From Anaeramoeba ignava BMAN (taxonomy: Eukaryota; Protista; Anaeramoebae), in NCBI GenBank assembly GCA_028826165.1, contig JAPDFW010000146.1, positions 43,843-107,842 of the forward strand: a stretch of DNA of 64,000 nt. The letters are read 5' to 3'. Of the stretch, positions 63,151 to 64,000 are shown in pieces. Every line of letters begins with the position of its first letter. Positions within the stretch are counted from its first letter, which is position 1. Below the pieces are notes generated by a model. The model was not told where the DNA came from, did not search any database, and was given only the letters and a program-made list of their open reading frames with translations. Made by a program: the position numbers and the translations under genes.

Positions 63151-64000
63151 TTAATTTTCTTTTTTCTTAATTTGTTCTTCTGAAAATAATTTTTCACTTA
63201 AAAAATCAACATTTGATTCTTGAGTTATATAATTATTTTGATTTAAAGAAAATGATCCAATTTCTCCATTAGGAGTTATCCAAATAATTCTTCCTTGAAA
63301 TGTAGATGTTATGTTTTTAGCTCTAAAAGAAATTTTTGGAATTCGAAATTTATCAATAAGATTTTGTTGATAAAATCGATTTATTTTGATAAGTTGAAAT
63401 AATATCATTTCTCCATCTTCATCAATATAACAAACACAATTTCTTTTGGATGAAAATGAAATTAATGAAGAAAAAGATCCATTGAAATCAATTTTGATAT
63501 TTTTAGCTGTTTTCAAAGATGGTAATTTTTAATAACAACTCTATCATTGAATGTGATTAATAAATATTGTGCTTTTTGTTGGTGATAATTTTTGGGTTTT
63601 GATTTCTTTCTTTTTTTGTTGTGATTCCTTCTTTTCAATATCTATTTTAGGTGATTCTCTTCTTCTTTTGTTAATTAGATCTATTAAATCATTTGAAAGT
63701 TCATTAATACCATTAATATTATTTATTGTTAAATCAATTGGAATATTTGTTGGAAATCCGTTTTTATCAATAAAATAAAGATTTTGAAGTTTTGATTCTT
63801 GATTTTTCATCTTTGATTCTTTGATCATTTCTCCATTCAAAGTTGAAAAATACTTATTGAACCATCTTCTTTACCAATAATTATTGTGGAATCTTTATTT
63901 GTTTTTGTTTTGATGAAGATATAATTATTGATTTTATTGGATAATTATCTTCAATATCCATTTCTCCTCCAATTAAATTTTACTTTAATTTGAAATTATC
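63151..64000 (-). CDS. 3' part of a gene entering from beyond the window; beta-rich, possibly WD40 (Lgl/tomosyn C-terminus-like)
   Basis: ORFs 63544-63840 and 63151-63516 are non-repetitive and appear joined by small frameshifts; the family assignment is only a resemblance. Confidence 0.4.

Noticed and set aside
1-64000. Inteins/Hint domains, transposases, tRNA or rRNA genes
   Set aside because: No intein splice-junction motifs, transposase or RT motifs, or structured GC-rich RNA genes were recognisable by eye. A covariance or HMM search was not possible.
1-64000. Alternative genetic code
   Set aside because: TAA and TGA both terminate conserved proteins at expected positions, and conserved Trp/Gln positions use standard codons. 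TAG was not seen ending a confidently reconstructed gene, so it is untested.

Overview
Extremely AT-rich, intron-containing eukaryotic (protist) DNA. The gene content (RCC1-BTB, BTB-BACK-TLDc and BTB plus GATase-like genes, NQ-repeat proteins, prokaryote-type genes) resembles Anaeramoeba-type metamonads, but that is inference only. About 19 genes are recognisable: ankyrin-repeat protein (partial), SPFH/stomatin protein, RAP1/TERF2IP-like Myb+RCT protein, giant BEACH-WD40 protein, Rho GTPase, GBD-like/ubiquitin-like/RasGEF protein, LRR-PP2C, two Nup98-like GLEBS proteins, BLTP3/UHRF1BP1-like lipid-transfer protein, importin-beta (importin-11-like), two tandem DUF302 genes, three BTB genes plus a BTB fragment, a WH2-like/Cdc123-like ATP-grasp and two hypothetical genes. 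Many introns are inflated by their own short tandem repeat, and small frameshifts, mostly at homopolymers, look like long-read errors. The standout is inside the TLDc domain of the BTB-TLDc gene (54128-55738, minus strand). What looks like one repeat-filled intron is nine near-identical ~176-bp GT...AG introns separated by eight variable 3-nt spacers (AG|NNN|GT). Every subset of these candidate micro-exons stays in frame and stop-free, which would allow combinatorial diversification of one loop.
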